A stretch of 64,000 bases of DNA from Methylophilus sp. (GCA_035460345.1 DATHWT010000002.1:577-64576), one strand, 5' to 3'. Positions 1 to 9,553 are shown, counted from the stretch's first letter. The notes: generated by a model not told the origin, from the sequence alone. Program-made: numbers and translations.

Positions 1-384
1 TGTGAACGGGAAGATTTTTGTGAAACCAAGGATATCTGTCAGCAGTAATACCAGGAACACCAGCACAATCGCACCAATGATGCCGCCACCTGCTGGTGCT
101 TTGTCCAATTGGGTCGCCAGTTTATTGGCTTCGTCATCGTTCAGCGCTGCCACGCGTGATCTGGCTTCCATCGGATCGATGCCACGGGCCACCAATGTTG
201 ATTGCACTTCGTCTCGGGAAAGCATATCTACAATTTTTGCGCGGTCCTGCTCACCTTTGACGGTGATCGCCGATTCCGCAACCTGTTCGGTGCCTATCAT
301 GGCTGCCTGCACTGTTTGAATAGAGCCGGTAAAGAATATTGAAACTGCCAGGAATGCGCTTAAAAAACGTTTAGCCATGATCAT
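1..384 (-). CDS. PA2779-family exported/membrane protein (runs off the left edge of the window)
   Basis: Not in the ORF track. Manual translation from ATG 384 (or 378): MIMAKRFLSAFLAVSIFFTGSIQTVQAAMIGTEQV...RGIDPMEARSRVAALNDDEANKLATQLDKAPAGGGIIGAIVLVFLVLLLTDILGFTKIFPFT. Signal peptide plus the LLTDILG..IFPF C-terminus typical of the family; AAGGAAG RBS upstream. Confidence 0.75.
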   Translation of the reverse strand, partial: MIMAKRFLSAFLAVSIFFTGSIQTVQAAMIGTEQVAESAITVKGEQDRAKIVDMLSRDEVQSTLVARGIDPMEARSRVAALNDDEANKLATQLDKAPAGGGIIGAIVLVFLVLLLTDILGFTKIFPFT

Positions 385-424
385 GATGTGCTTCCTTATT
401 GAGAAAATTAAACAGATATAAAAA

Positions 425-451
425 TTGGCTTAGACATTTCTATCTAAGCCA
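425..451 (-). terminator. Intrinsic terminator downstream of the DUF3309 gene
   Basis: Inverted repeat TTGGCTTAGA...TCTAAGCCAA followed by a T-run on the minus strand. Confidence 0.55.
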
Positions 452-467
452 ATCTAGTTACGTATTG

Positions 468-623
468 CTATAACCTTCCGGTCAGGGCAAGAATCAGAAT
501 GATCAGGACAACTAATCCCAAGCCACCACTAGGGTAATATCCCCAGCCAGAGCTGTAAGGCCAGGCTGGCAAGGCGCCTACAAGGGCAAGAATAAGAATC
601 ACAAGCAGGACAGTTCTAAGCAT
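468..623 (-). CDS. DUF3309-family small membrane protein (51 aa), copy 1
   Basis: MLRTVLLVILILALVGALPAWPYSSGWGYYPSGGLGLVVLIILILALTGRL; LP.WP.S..WGYYPSGGLG signature; AGGAG RBS before ATG 623. Confidence 0.9.
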   Translation of the reverse strand: MLRTVLLVILILALVGALPAWPYSSGWGYYPSGGLGLVVLIILILALTGRL

Positions 624-716
624 AGCGGGTCTCCTAGATTTTAAACTTATGGACTCCAAACTATTGCCGAAAATCGAGCAATTTCGTTTTGAGTTATTAA
701 TATTAATTGAGGCTCA

Positions 717-783
717 ATCATGCAGTCGCGCTCTTAAACTTGCTATGCCCATATGGCTGAAATATTTGTAGGAATATTCCGAT
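717..783 (-). promoter_or_regulatory. Conserved stress-regulon promoter motif (instance 1)
   Basis: Plus strand: ATCATG(717-722)-N33-GCTGA(756-760)-N7-GTAGGA-ATAT-TCCGAT. Confidence 0.65.
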
Positions 784-799
784 AACAATAGAAACGCTC

Positions 800-1247
800 A
801 CCGGCAAAGCTGGGATAAATCTGTGTCCGACCGACTGTATGACAATATCGCTGTCGGTGACACCCTCGAAATCATTCATCCTTACGGCGAGTTTGCGATT
901 GATGCACAGCAAGAAAAGCCTGTCGTGATGCTGGCAGCGGGCGTCGGCATCACTCCCGTGATCGCTGCGCTGAATCACCTGGCCAAAGTCAATCCGCAGC
1001 ATACTGTCCATTTGCTGTATGCCGCAGCTGGGGTTCAAGCTGTATACCAGCCACATTTCAGGGGAAGCCCAGGACAGGCTGACCGTTGACGATACCCCGC
1101 AGCCGTCCTTAAAAATGCAGAGATTTATGTGTGTGGCCAGACCAGTTTTATGCAGCCACAGAAGCATCGCTTAGTCGACTCAGGCGTAACTGCATCCAGT
1201 ATCCACAAAGAAGCATCGGGCCTGATTTGTTAGAAGAGCTGGTGTAA
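800..1247 (+). pseudogene. Remnant of an FAD/NAD(P)-binding oxidoreductase (flavohaemoglobin / ferredoxin-reductase C-terminal part)
   Basis: VSDRLYD...PYGEF...VMLAAGVGITPV motif, then an in-frame TGA at 1087, then AEIYVCGQTSFMQ...IHKEA, and GPDLLEELV* after a frameshift. No N-terminus. Confidence 0.75.
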
Positions 1248-1255
1248 TAGCAAAA

Positions 1256-1285
1256 GAAAGGCCTCGCAAACGGGGCCTTTCTCTT
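1256..1285 (+). terminator. Intrinsic terminator
   Basis: GAAAGGCCTCG-CAAA-CGGGGCCTTTC hairpin followed by TCTT. Confidence 0.65.
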
Positions 1286-1468
1286 ATCCAGGCATTGCTT
1301 GATTGCTCAATTCCGGCATTAACATATTCCCTGCAACTTTGAATCTTTTGTGAAATCGCCACAAATACCGATTTCAGGTTTAAGTTAACGGTTATGCGTT
1401 ACGTTATTGCTAGTGAACTCTGATCAATAGATAAGTCAGCGATGCTCGCCCACAAAAAGAATGCAAGT

Positions 1469-3370
1469 ATGGATAGAACAGCCAAATCAGATAGAACAGC
1501 ATCTTCGGATAGAACAACACAATTGGATAGAACATCGCAATTAATTGCAAACCTGGCTTATAGCTGGGGCGCAAAGTGGGGAGACGACCAGCGTGAATTA
1601 TTTGAAAGCAGTCGTGATGCACATTCGCAGGCCATTCTGGATATCCTGACCAACCGTAGCCTGACCTCGGTTTACCAACCTATCGTGGCATTACAGAGTG
1701 CCGATATCTACGGCTTCGAAGGCCTGATACGCGGCCCGGCAGCGACCAGCCTGCATTCACCGCTGGATTTATTCGAGGCAGCCAAAGAACAGCTTTTCCT
1801 GCCGGAGATGGAGCACCTGAGCCGCCAGATTGTGCTGGAGAATTACGCGGCTACCTGCAAAAAGCGCAAGCTGTTTCTCAACAGCACTCCGGAAATGCTG
1901 ATGATGTCCGCCCCGAATAAAGGTGAAACACTGGCCTACCTGGCCAGCCTCGGGCTGGAAACCAAACAGATCATTATTGAAGTGACCGAACAAACACGCA
2001 ATATGGATTATGGCCTGTTGCGTGAGGCGGTGCAGTATTACCGCAACATCGGTTTTGAAATCGCCATGGATGACCTGGGCGAGGGGTTTTCCAGCTTGCG
2101 TTTGTGGTCAGAGCTAAAGCCCGATTATGTCAAAATAGATAAGCACTTTATCCGCAATATCCATCAGGACCAGGTCAAGTTCGAGTTTGTCCGCTCTATC
2201 CAGCAGATCGCGCAAAACTCCGGTGCCAAGGTGATTGCCGAGGGCATAGAAGTCTATGAAGAGCTATGCATCATCAAAGATCTCAAAATTGATTTCGGCC
2301 AGGGCTATTACCTGGGTCGCCCGGAGCGCGAACTGATACTGGCGATTGATGCAGAGGTCAAAAAACAGCTGGTCAGGAACACACTGCATCTTTACCAGAA
2401 TAACTATGTGGCCCTCGACCAACGCTCTAACGTCAACAAGCTATTAAAGTATATCCCGCCGATTCCCGCCGATATGACCAATAATGAAGTCATGCGCCTG
2501 ATCGAAGCCGACAACAGCATCCATATGCTGCCGGTAGTCAGTGGTGAAACTCCGATCGGCATGATTACGCGTTACGCCATGATAGACAATCTGGCGCGAC
2601 CCTATCGCCGCGAGCTATACGGTAACCGCCGCTGTTCAGAAACCTTTATGGATGCACATCCGCTGATTGTGGAAAAATCCATGAGCCTGAAGGCGTTGAG
2701 CGACATCATCGCCGAAGAAGCGCAGCACTTTAGCAACGGCTTTATCATTACTGACAGTGGCCGCTACCTGGGCATAGGTCGCGGACAGGATCTGCTGCGC
2801 GAAGTGACACAAATGCAGATTAACGCTGCGCGCTATGCGAACCCGATCACACTATTGCCCGGCAATGTGCCTATCAATGAACAGCTTGAACGCCTGCTGA
2901 CCTCTGAATGCAAATTCAGCGTCTGTTATTTTGACCTGGACACCTTCAAGCCGTATAACGACATTTATGGTTTCCGTCGCGGCGATGAAATTATCAGCTA
3001 TACCGCCAAATTGCTGCTCAATCATGTGGACCAGCATTTTGACTTTGTCGGCCATATCGGAGGTGACGATTTTATCGTGATCTTCCAGAGTGAAGACTGG
3101 CAGGAGCGCTGCAAAAAAATCCTGAGCAATCTGGAAAAAGATATTCCGGAGTTTTATGACGCCGCCCATAAATCCGCCGGTGGTATCGTGGCAGAAGACC
3201 GGCAAGGTAAAGTGGTGCAGTATCCTTTTGTCAGCCTGTCGATAGGCGCAGTGAAAGTGAAACCAGGCAAATATAGGTCACAACATGAACTGTCCTCTGC
3301 TGTGAGCATGGCGAAAAAACAGGCTAAAAAAATGCCGGGTAACAGTTTGTTTATTGAACGCAGGTTTTAA
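1469..3370 (+). CDS. EAL-CBS-GGDEF c-di-GMP turnover protein
   Basis: YQPIV...FEGLIRG, MDDLGEGFSSL, VIAEGIE (EAL); central CBS-like pair; NPITLLPGN...DLDTFKPYNDIYG...HIGGDDF (GGDEF). The ORF track starts at 1442; ATG 1469 is an alternative start. Confidence 0.9.
   Translation: MDRTAKSDRTASSDRTTQLDRTSQLIANLAYSWGAKWGDDQRELFESSRDAHSQAILDILTNRSLTSVYQPIVALQSADIYGFEGLIRGPAATSLHSPLDLFEAAKEQLFLPEMEHLSRQIVLENYAATCKKRKLFLNSTPEMLMMSAPNKGETLAYLASLGLETKQIIIEVTEQTRNMDYGLLREAVQYYRNIGFEIAMDDLGEGFSSLRLWSELKPDYVKIDKHFIRNIHQDQVKFEFVRSIQQIAQNSGAKVIAEGIEVYEELCIIKDLKIDFGQGYYLGRPERELILAIDAEVKKQLVRNTLHLYQNNYVALDQRSNVNKLLKYIPPIPADMTNNEVMRLIEADNSIHMLPVVSGETPIGMITRYAMIDNLARPYRRELYGNRRCSETFMDAHPLIVEKSMSLKALSDIIAEEAQHFSNGFIITDSGRYLGIGRGQDLLREVTQMQINAARYANPITLLPGNVPINEQLERLLTSECKFSVCYFDLDTFKPYNDIYGFRRGDEIISYTAKLLLNHVDQHFDFVGHIGGDDFIVIFQSEDWQERCKKILSNLEKDIPEFYDAAHKSAGGIVAEDRQGKVVQYPFVSLSIGAVKVKPGKYRSQHELSSAVSMAKKQAKKMPGNSLFIERRF
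1471..1542 (+). repeat. 18-bp tandem repeat x4 (encodes DRTAKS/DRTASS/DRTTQL/DRTSQL)
   Basis: GGATAGAACAGCCAAATC AGATAGAACAGCATCTTC GGATAGAACAACACAATT GGATAGAACATCGCAATT. Confidence 0.85.
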
Positions 3371-3403
3371 AAGTAACAAGCTATAAAAAGGTTACAAAAA
3401 GCA

Positions 3404-3429
3404 AAAAGGCGAAGCAAGCTTCGCCTTTT
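3404..3429. terminator. Bidirectional intrinsic terminator
   Basis: AAAAGGCGAAGC-AA-GCTTCGCCTTTT between convergent genes. Confidence 0.8.
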
Positions 3430-3434
3430 CTGAT

Positions 3435-3509
3435 TTAGCGTACGAACAACGCAATCAGGATAATAATTGGAATTGGGATACCAATGAACCATAGTAATAA
3501 TGAACGCAT
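3435..3509 (-). CDS. 24-aa hydrophobic micropeptide (copy B)
   Basis: Manual translation MRSLLLWFIGIPIPIIILIALFVR*; AGGAGA RBS; paralogue of 3550-3624. Confidence 0.8.
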   Translation of the reverse strand: MRSLLLWFIGIPIPIIILIALFVR

Positions 3510-3549
3510 AATATTCTCCTGAATTAAAAGTTAATAATCACCTTGCAAA

Positions 3550-3624
3550 TTAACGCACAAACAAAGCAATCAAGATGATCAGCGGAATAGGCACGCCTAA
3601 AAAGAAAAGTAGTAGTGAACGCAT
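3550..3624 (-). CDS. 24-aa hydrophobic micropeptide (copy A)
   Basis: Manual translation MRSLLLFFLGVPIPLIILIALFVR*; AGGAGA RBS; same length as copy B with synonymous and conservative differences. Confidence 0.8.
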   Translation of the reverse strand: MRSLLLFFLGVPIPLIILIALFVR

Positions 3625-3711
3625 ATTAATTCTCCTGACAATTTAAAAAAGCTGGGCCTTACTGACTTTTATTTAAGCCCTAGCTTAATCAGCAAGGGCT
3701 TAACAAACTAA

Positions 3712-4698
3712 TTACGCATCGCGGCAGCGACCACCCCATGTGGCGGCCAGGCTAGCTGAGAAAGCGCCGATCAACAGGGAAACAAACAACCACAAGCTGA
3801 TGCCAATTGAAGCTTTACGCGCTGCGTCAGCCGCTTCTTTAGCTTTCACTTCAACTTCTTTAGCTTTGTCCTGCACGGTAGTGTAAATCTGGTTTACACG
3901 TGCTTGAGCCTCTTGTTGAGTTAAACCTGTATGTTGAGAAACCAGTTGAGCAAGGTAAGCTGAGTCTTCAGCAGATAATGAACCGTTGGCAACTGAAGTC
4001 GCGATGATGCGGCTTACTTCAGCGCTAGGCACTGACTCTTGCTGTGTATTCGCAACCGCTGGATGATGCGCGGCGTGGGAAGATGGATCATGATCAACAG
4101 AATCTGTCGCAGTATTCGCAGGCGCTGGTCTGAACAAAGAGTCTACAAAATAGGCTGAAGCACTACTTACTTGGTCACCAGCTTCTTCACCCATGCCAGT
4201 ATGAGCCGCAGCTACCACACCTGCTGTCGCAGCACCGCCTGCAACGCTTGCAGTGGCTTGCACGCCTGTACTCACAATAGAGCCAATAACTGAAGTTAAC
4301 AGTGTAGCGGTGACCAATGTAGCCACACCCCAGGAAATAAAACCATGCGCGGTATCACGGAAGTAGACTTCATCAGCGTCTGTGTCTTGCCATCTGACAC
4401 GCAGGCGGCCTGTCAAATAGCCACCCAAACCGGAAGCTAATGCCTGGGTCACAGTGATCCAGATAATGGCAGCAATACCGAGTGTAGTAGCGGTTACACC
4501 ATCATGCGACCATGGTGAAATAGAGGATAAACCCAGCCCTGTACCCAGGATGAACAAGATAAGCGAAATGACTGCAGCAGCCACTGCGCCTAGCAGGATT
4601 GCGGCCCAAGAGATTGCACTCCTATTAGTTGCATCGACATGCGTAAGGTTGTTTGCGCGACCCGCCGATGGGTCAGTGGATAAAATAGCTTGTGCCAT
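3712..4698 (-). CDS. Conserved hypothetical multi-pass membrane protein (328 aa)
   Basis: SAISWAAILLGA...GLGLSSISPW...GGYLTGRLR...EVYFRDTAHGFISW...LAQLVSQHTGLTQQEAQARV...WGGRCRD; several TM segments; GGAG RBS. Confidence 0.85.
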   Translation of the reverse strand: MAQAILSTDPSAGRANNLTHVDATNRSAISWAAILLGAVAAAVISLILFILGTGLGLSSISPWSHDGVTATTLGIAAIIWITVTQALASGLGGYLTGRLRVRWQDTDADEVYFRDTAHGFISWGVATLVTATLLTSVIGSIVSTGVQATASVAGGAATAGVVAAAHTGMGEEAGDQVSSASAYFVDSLFRPAPANTATDSVDHDPSSHAAHHPAVANTQQESVPSAEVSRIIATSVANGSLSAEDSAYLAQLVSQHTGLTQQEAQARVNQIYTTVQDKAKEVEVKAKEAADAARKASIGISLWLFVSLLIGAFSASLAATWGGRCRDA

Positions 4699-4792
4699 GA
4701 TGTAGCTCCATAAATTTATAATTAAGTTTTTTTATTTCAACCTGATGCATCTTGCGACGGGACTAGATCAAAAGCAGTCGTATTGACCAGTA

Positions 4793-4948
4793 TTAAATCA
4801 GCCCTATCAACGAAAAAATGAGCATTAGAACGAGTGCTGAACCTATGATGCCAATCGGGTAATAACCCCATTTGGTACTGTAAGGCCACGCTGGCATTGC
4901 AAAAAATAAAGCGATAATAAGAAGTCCAATCAAAATATTGCCGAACAT
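4793..4948 (-). CDS. DUF3309-family small membrane protein (51 aa), copy 2
   Basis: Not in the ORF track. MFGNILIGLLIIALFFAMPAWPYSTKWGYYPIGIIGSALVLMLIFSLIGLI*; GGAGG RBS. Confidence 0.85.
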   Translation of the reverse strand: MFGNILIGLLIIALFFAMPAWPYSTKWGYYPIGIIGSALVLMLIFSLIGLI

Positions 4949-5087
4949 GATCCCTCCAGAAATCAAATAAATTAATAGAAGATTGAACGCTTTGTTGCGA
5001 ACATTACGCCTAGTAATACCGCAATCATTTCACTACATTAATTTCACTACAATGTATCGTGTTTCATACCCAGTAGAATGAGGCTTA

Positions 5088-5154
5088 ATCATGCGGATTT
5101 ATTGGGGGCTGCTCCATCGCATTTCCACTGAATTTTTTGTAGGAATCGTCGGAC
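5088..5154 (-). promoter_or_regulatory. Conserved stress-regulon promoter motif (instance 2)
   Basis: Plus strand: ATCATG-N33-ACTGA-N7-GTAGGA-ATCG-TCGGAC. Confidence 0.65.
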
Positions 5155-5221
5155 GCCAGGCATCAGCGTTCGATCAAGTGGATGATGCTTAACCTGCACT
5201 TGCTTAAGTGTGGTCAAGCGA

Positions 5222-7753
5222 TCATTTGGGAAACAGCTTGATGATATCGGGTGTGAGTTGTTGCTTGTTGCCCAGGTAATCTTTCCAGGGGTCATTCGCC
5301 AGCCCGGATAGCCGTTCAGAGATATTCGTGATATTAAAGGTATCAGCCTGTATGCTGGCGCCTACTTCATCCCAGGCCAGCGGCGTCGCCACCGGTGCGC
5401 CAGTGCGTGCCCTGGTGGAATAAGGCGCAATGGCCGTCGCGCCTGAGCTGTTGCGCAGGTAATCAATAAAGATGCGACCTTCCCGTTTCTTTTTGGAAAT
5501 GCTGGCGGTAAACCGGTCCGGGATTTGCGCCTCCAGATAATCGGCAACCCCGTGCGCAAATGCTTTGATCACTTCCCAAGGATATTCTGCCTTGATAGGT
5601 ACTTCCACATGCAGGCCTTTGCCACCGGTGGTTTTCACAAAACATTGCAAACCCACCTCTTCCAGCAAGCCCCTCAACAACAGGGCCGCTTCGGTCACTT
5701 TTTCCCACGCCAGTCCAGGGCCGGGGTCTAGGTCAAAGATCAAGCGGTCTGCCAGGGCAGTGACCGGATAGCGTGAGCCCCAGGTATGCAACTCCAGCAC
5801 ACCTAGCTGTACCAGTTCAATGATGGCGGGCAGCTGGTTGGCGACAAAGTATTCCGCCGCCTTGTTGGCCGGATCAAGCTGTATCGCCTGCACATGACGG
5901 TGGCTGTCTTTGCTGACATGCTTCTGGAAAAAACAGGTTTTATCGTAACCATCCGGGCAACGCACGATGGAAAGCGGCCTATCCTGCAAATAGGGCAATA
6001 TCCACGCTGCCACATCGACATAATGGCGGGCGATATCGCGCTTGGTGTAAGCGTCTTCTGCATACAATATCTTGGCGGGATTGCTCAGTTTGATGCCGGC
6101 AATGTGCGATCCGGCTGTAGCGTCTGCCTGGCGGGAGGGGCTGACTTTGCTGGATGATGGTCTTGGCGTTGGCGCTGGCTTTTCTGCGATTTCCTGCCTG
6201 ATCAGTTTGGCAGGCTTGTCATCGCGCAGGCCGACAAAACTGGCATGCCGTGCCAGGCCACCACCGGTCCATTGCGCAAACTTCACTTCTGCCACTAATA
6301 CAGGTTTCAGCCAGTGCACGCCTATCGCATCGCGGCCAGTTGGCGGGTTAGCGAAAGCGGGCTTGCTGGCAGCTAATCTGGGGAAATTAGCTGCAATCAT
6401 TTTCAGGCTATCGCCGTTAAAACCGGTGCCCACCCGCCCGGCATAACGTAAATGCCCGTCCTCATCATAGGTGCCTATCAGCAATGCCCCGAATAAATCA
6501 CGGCTGCCAGCCGGGTCGGTATAACCGGCCACCACGAATTCCTGCCGCATGCCACATTTGATCTTGAGCCAATCCGCCGAGCGTTGTTGCACATAGGGGC
6601 TGAGGGCATCTTTTACCACCACGCCTTCCTGCCCATGCACGCATGCCTGCCTCAATACTTCTTCTGCGTGACCGCTGATATGGTCGCTAAAATGGATAGG
6701 GCTTTGCGCATCCTGCTTGCCCAGCAAAGTGCGCAATAAATCCTTGCGGTCTGTCAGCGGTAACTGCGTGAGGTCATAACCATCCAGGTACATCAGGTCA
6801 AACACAAAATAGACCAGCTTCGCTTCATCGCCCAGGCGCATGGCATTTTGCAGCAACTGGAAACTGACATGGCCGTCTGGCCCTATCGCCACCACCTCTC
6901 CATCCAGCCATGCCGAATCCGCAGGCAATGCAGCCAGCGCTTTCACCAGCCCAGGCCATTTGGCGGACCAGTTGTGACCCTGGCGGGTGAACATCTTGGC
7001 GCTGCCATGCTCAATCCTGGTCAAGGCGCGATAACCATCATATTTAAGTTCAGCCAGCCAATGATCGCCTGCGGGCACATGTGTGGCCAGCGTCGCCAGT
7101 TGCGGCTGAAAAGTGGTGGGCATGGTGGTGCGAGTGGGCGTAGTAGCGTTTTTGGCAGCGGGTTTTGCGGGTGGATGTGAGTTGGAAGCATGCGTGCTTG
7201 TGTAAGGGATGCCGCTAACAGATCCGGCAGCCGTTTCTGTGATGTGCGCGTCTTTGCCGCTGCGGGATTCCGCATCCTGTTCCTTGATCAGCAACCAGTT
7301 GGCTTTATTATCCTTGCCTGCAGAAGCGCCTTTCATGCGCACCAATGCCCATTTTCCCTGCAATTTATGGCCATGCAAGTAGAATTTCAGCGAGCCGTTT
7401 TTATAGCCTTTGACCGGGTCGCCTATCGCTTCCCAGGTACCTTTATCCCATAGCATCACATGCCCGGCACCATACTGGCCGGATGGAATATCGCCTTCGA
7501 ACCTGCCGTATGCAAGCGGGTGATCTTCGACTTCGACTGCCAGGCGTTTGTCTGCCGGGTCCAGGCTGGGGCCTTTAGGCACTGCCCAGCTTTTCAGGGT
7601 GCCTTCCAGCTCCAGCCTGAAATCGTAATGCAGATTGCGTGCATGATGCTTCTGGATAAAGAATAACAGCTGTTCACCGGAAGACTCGATCTGGCCGCGC
7701 GGTTCACGGGTGATATTGAAATCGCGCTTTTTCCAGTAGTGTTGTAAGCCCAT
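5222..7753 (-). CDS. ligD: NHEJ ATP-dependent DNA ligase D (phosphoesterase-ligase-polymerase)
   Basis: QKHHARNLHYDFRLE and SWAVPKGPS (PE domain); ELKYDGYR ligase motif I; RCPDG..CFFQKH, FDLDPG and KTTGGKGLHV (polymerase domain). Confidence 0.97.
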   Translation of the reverse strand: MGLQHYWKKRDFNITREPRGQIESSGEQLLFFIQKHHARNLHYDFRLELEGTLKSWAVPKGPSLDPADKRLAVEVEDHPLAYGRFEGDIPSGQYGAGHVMLWDKGTWEAIGDPVKGYKNGSLKFYLHGHKLQGKWALVRMKGASAGKDNKANWLLIKEQDAESRSGKDAHITETAAGSVSGIPYTSTHASNSHPPAKPAAKNATTPTRTTMPTTFQPQLATLATHVPAGDHWLAELKYDGYRALTRIEHGSAKMFTRQGHNWSAKWPGLVKALAALPADSAWLDGEVVAIGPDGHVSFQLLQNAMRLGDEAKLVYFVFDLMYLDGYDLTQLPLTDRKDLLRTLLGKQDAQSPIHFSDHISGHAEEVLRQACVHGQEGVVVKDALSPYVQQRSADWLKIKCGMRQEFVVAGYTDPAGSRDLFGALLIGTYDEDGHLRYAGRVGTGFNGDSLKMIAANFPRLAASKPAFANPPTGRDAIGVHWLKPVLVAEVKFAQWTGGGLARHASFVGLRDDKPAKLIRQEIAEKPAPTPRPSSSKVSPSRQADATAGSHIAGIKLSNPAKILYAEDAYTKRDIARHYVDVAAWILPYLQDRPLSIVRCPDGYDKTCFFQKHVSKDSHRHVQAIQLDPANKAAEYFVANQLPAIIELVQLGVLELHTWGSRYPVTALADRLIFDLDPGPGLAWEKVTEAALLLRGLLEEVGLQCFVKTTGGKGLHVEVPIKAEYPWEVIKAFAHGVADYLEAQIPDRFTASISKKKREGRIFIDYLRNSSGATAIAPYSTRARTGAPVATPLAWDEVGASIQADTFNITNISERLSGLANDPWKDYLGNKQQLTPDIIKLFPK

Positions 7754-7764
7754 GGCGCATCCAG

Positions 7765-8703
7765 TCAGGCTGAGCGTTTACGCGCAGGGTCGGCAGCGTT
7801 GGTGGCAGACTTGCTGGCACCAGCCTTACTTGATTTAGGGCTAGCTGTTTTGGGATTTTCCGCTTTTATGCTGCCTTCTTTTTTATTGGCTGAACCTGCG
7901 ACTTTGTCGCCTATACTGGCTTTGAGCAACTGCATCAGATCGACCACGTTGCTTGGTTTAACCGCTGCGGTTTCTTGTCCCTCCTCAGCAGCTTCGGTCA
8001 GTGTGTGCGTTTGCCCGGCTTTTACTTTTTTCTTCACCAGTTTGAGAATATCCTGGCGGAAAGTATCCTGGTATTGCGCAGGCTGCCAGCGCTCGGACAT
8101 ATCTTTCACCAGTGACAAAGCCATGTCGATTTCCTTGGCAGACACTTGCGACTGTTTGCCTGCTTTGGGCTGGGTGATTTCCGGCAATTCGCGGATTTCT
8201 TCCTGGTAACGCAGCAGGTTGAGCACAATCGCATCCTGGTAAGGCATCAGCGCGGCCAGGTGTTGTTTGGTGCGTATCACCACCTGCCCTAACGCCAGCT
8301 TGCCCGAGCGTTCAAGGGTCTGGCGCAGCAGGGCATAGACTTTTTCGCCGCCTTTGCCTGGCACCAGGTAATAGGGTTGCTCAAAAAAGAAGACCGGAAT
8401 ATCGCTGGTTTCTATAAACGACAGGATATCAATGGTCTGAGTACTTTCGGGGTTGGCTCGACGCAGGTCTTCGTCGGTTAACACCACATATTCGTCTTTT
8501 TCGTAGGCATAGCCTTTGACGATATCTTGTTGCTTCACTTCCTTGCCAGTGACCTTGTTATAGCGTTTATAGCCGACCGGCGCAAAATCACGCTTATCCA
8601 GCAGGTCCAGGTCTAAGCCAGCGCTAGTGCTTGCAGAATGTAATTCAACAGGGATATGCACCAGGCCAAAACTGATGGCACCTTTCCAAATCGGGCGGGA
8701 CAT
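7765..8703 (-). CDS. ku: NHEJ Ku protein
   Basis: MSRPIWKGAISFGLVHIPVEL N-terminus, basic C-terminal tail, directly upstream of ligD. Confidence 0.97.
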   Translation of the reverse strand: MSRPIWKGAISFGLVHIPVELHSASTSAGLDLDLLDKRDFAPVGYKRYNKVTGKEVKQQDIVKGYAYEKDEYVVLTDEDLRRANPESTQTIDILSFIETSDIPVFFFEQPYYLVPGKGGEKVYALLRQTLERSGKLALGQVVIRTKQHLAALMPYQDAIVLNLLRYQEEIRELPEITQPKAGKQSQVSAKEIDMALSLVKDMSERWQPAQYQDTFRQDILKLVKKKVKAGQTHTLTEAAEEGQETAAVKPSNVVDLMQLLKASIGDKVAGSANKKEGSIKAENPKTASPKSSKAGASKSATNAADPARKRSA

Positions 8704-8732
8704 AGCAAAACTTTCAATAGGCAGGTTAACGC

Positions 8733-8788
8733 ATCATCGCGTTTCGCGTAGGTTGGCCCTATCGGATTCGGCTGAAACTGGTGTAGGA
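8733..8788 (-). promoter_or_regulatory. Conserved stress-regulon promoter motif (instance 3, ku-ligD)
   Basis: Plus strand: ATCATC-N32-GCTGA-N7-GTAGGA (spacer one base shorter than the other instances). Confidence 0.55.
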
Positions 8789-9038
8789 AAAGGATGAAAG
8801 CTTGATGTGCATGTCATAAAGGCCATGCTTAATGATGACTGATCCTGCATAACTGGTTAACTGGTTGACCGGGAAATTTTCCCTCCATTTCATTACATAT
8901 GAAAAGATGGTGTGTTAGTTAAAAAATAGGCGTATATTGAAAATTCACCTCTCTAGCGCAGTGTTGAAAGTCCCCTCTTTGTAGCCGTCTGAGGCCCCAC
9001 CATTCTCCCCCTCGCTTAAACCTAGTAAAGGTCAAGTC

Positions 9039-9482
9039 ATGGATGAAAATATATTGTTTAGCAATGCTGACATCAAAGTCAGTCTTGAGCATTTAGATGT
9101 GCATGGGAAAATCTATCCGGTGTCGGACATTCATTTTGTCGAATCACGCCTGGTAGAACCAAAACGCATCGCGGCATTGATCCTGTTATTCACCGGCCTG
9201 GCATTATTGCTTGATGAAGGCAGTTTATTTGCCCTGGGCGGCTTTTTCGTCTTGCTTGGAATTGTGTTTTGGGTGTCTGGCGGCAGCAAGTTCTCAGTGG
9301 TGATTCATACCGCTACCGGAGAACATCGCGTGATTACCAGTAGTGACCGCCTGTTTACCGAAAAGGTGATTAACGCGCTCGATACTGCGATGTTAAGCAA
9401 TGTACCGACCAAAGCGAACGTAACTTCAACGCCTGTACATGCTTACAGAGATAATAACGATATCAACTTTGGCGCTTCGTAG
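9039..9482 (+). CDS. DUF6232-like membrane protein
   Basis: Short beta-rich N-terminus, two TM helices, then SVVIHTATGE...VINALDTA. Confidence 0.6.
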   Translation: MDENILFSNADIKVSLEHLDVHGKIYPVSDIHFVESRLVEPKRIAALILLFTGLALLLDEGSLFALGGFFVLLGIVFWVSGGSKFSVVIHTATGEHRVITSSDRLFTEKVINALDTAMLSNVPTKANVTSTPVHAYRDNNDINFGAS

Positions 9483-9553
9483 GTTTAGCTGATCAAAACA
9501 GGGCTGCTTATATAACAGTCCTTTTTGAATACAGGTGAAAGTGCCTGGCTGAT

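Noticed and set aside
2-319. 105-aa plus-strand ORF from the track
   Set aside because: Antisense shadow of the PA2779-family gene on the minus strand.
1471-1542. Mini CRISPR array
   Set aside because: 18-bp period with no 25-40 nt spacers and no cas genes; it is an in-frame tandem repeat.
5027-5052. Direct repeat ATTTCACTACA x2
   Set aside because: A short two-copy duplication in an AT-rich leader with no other support for function.
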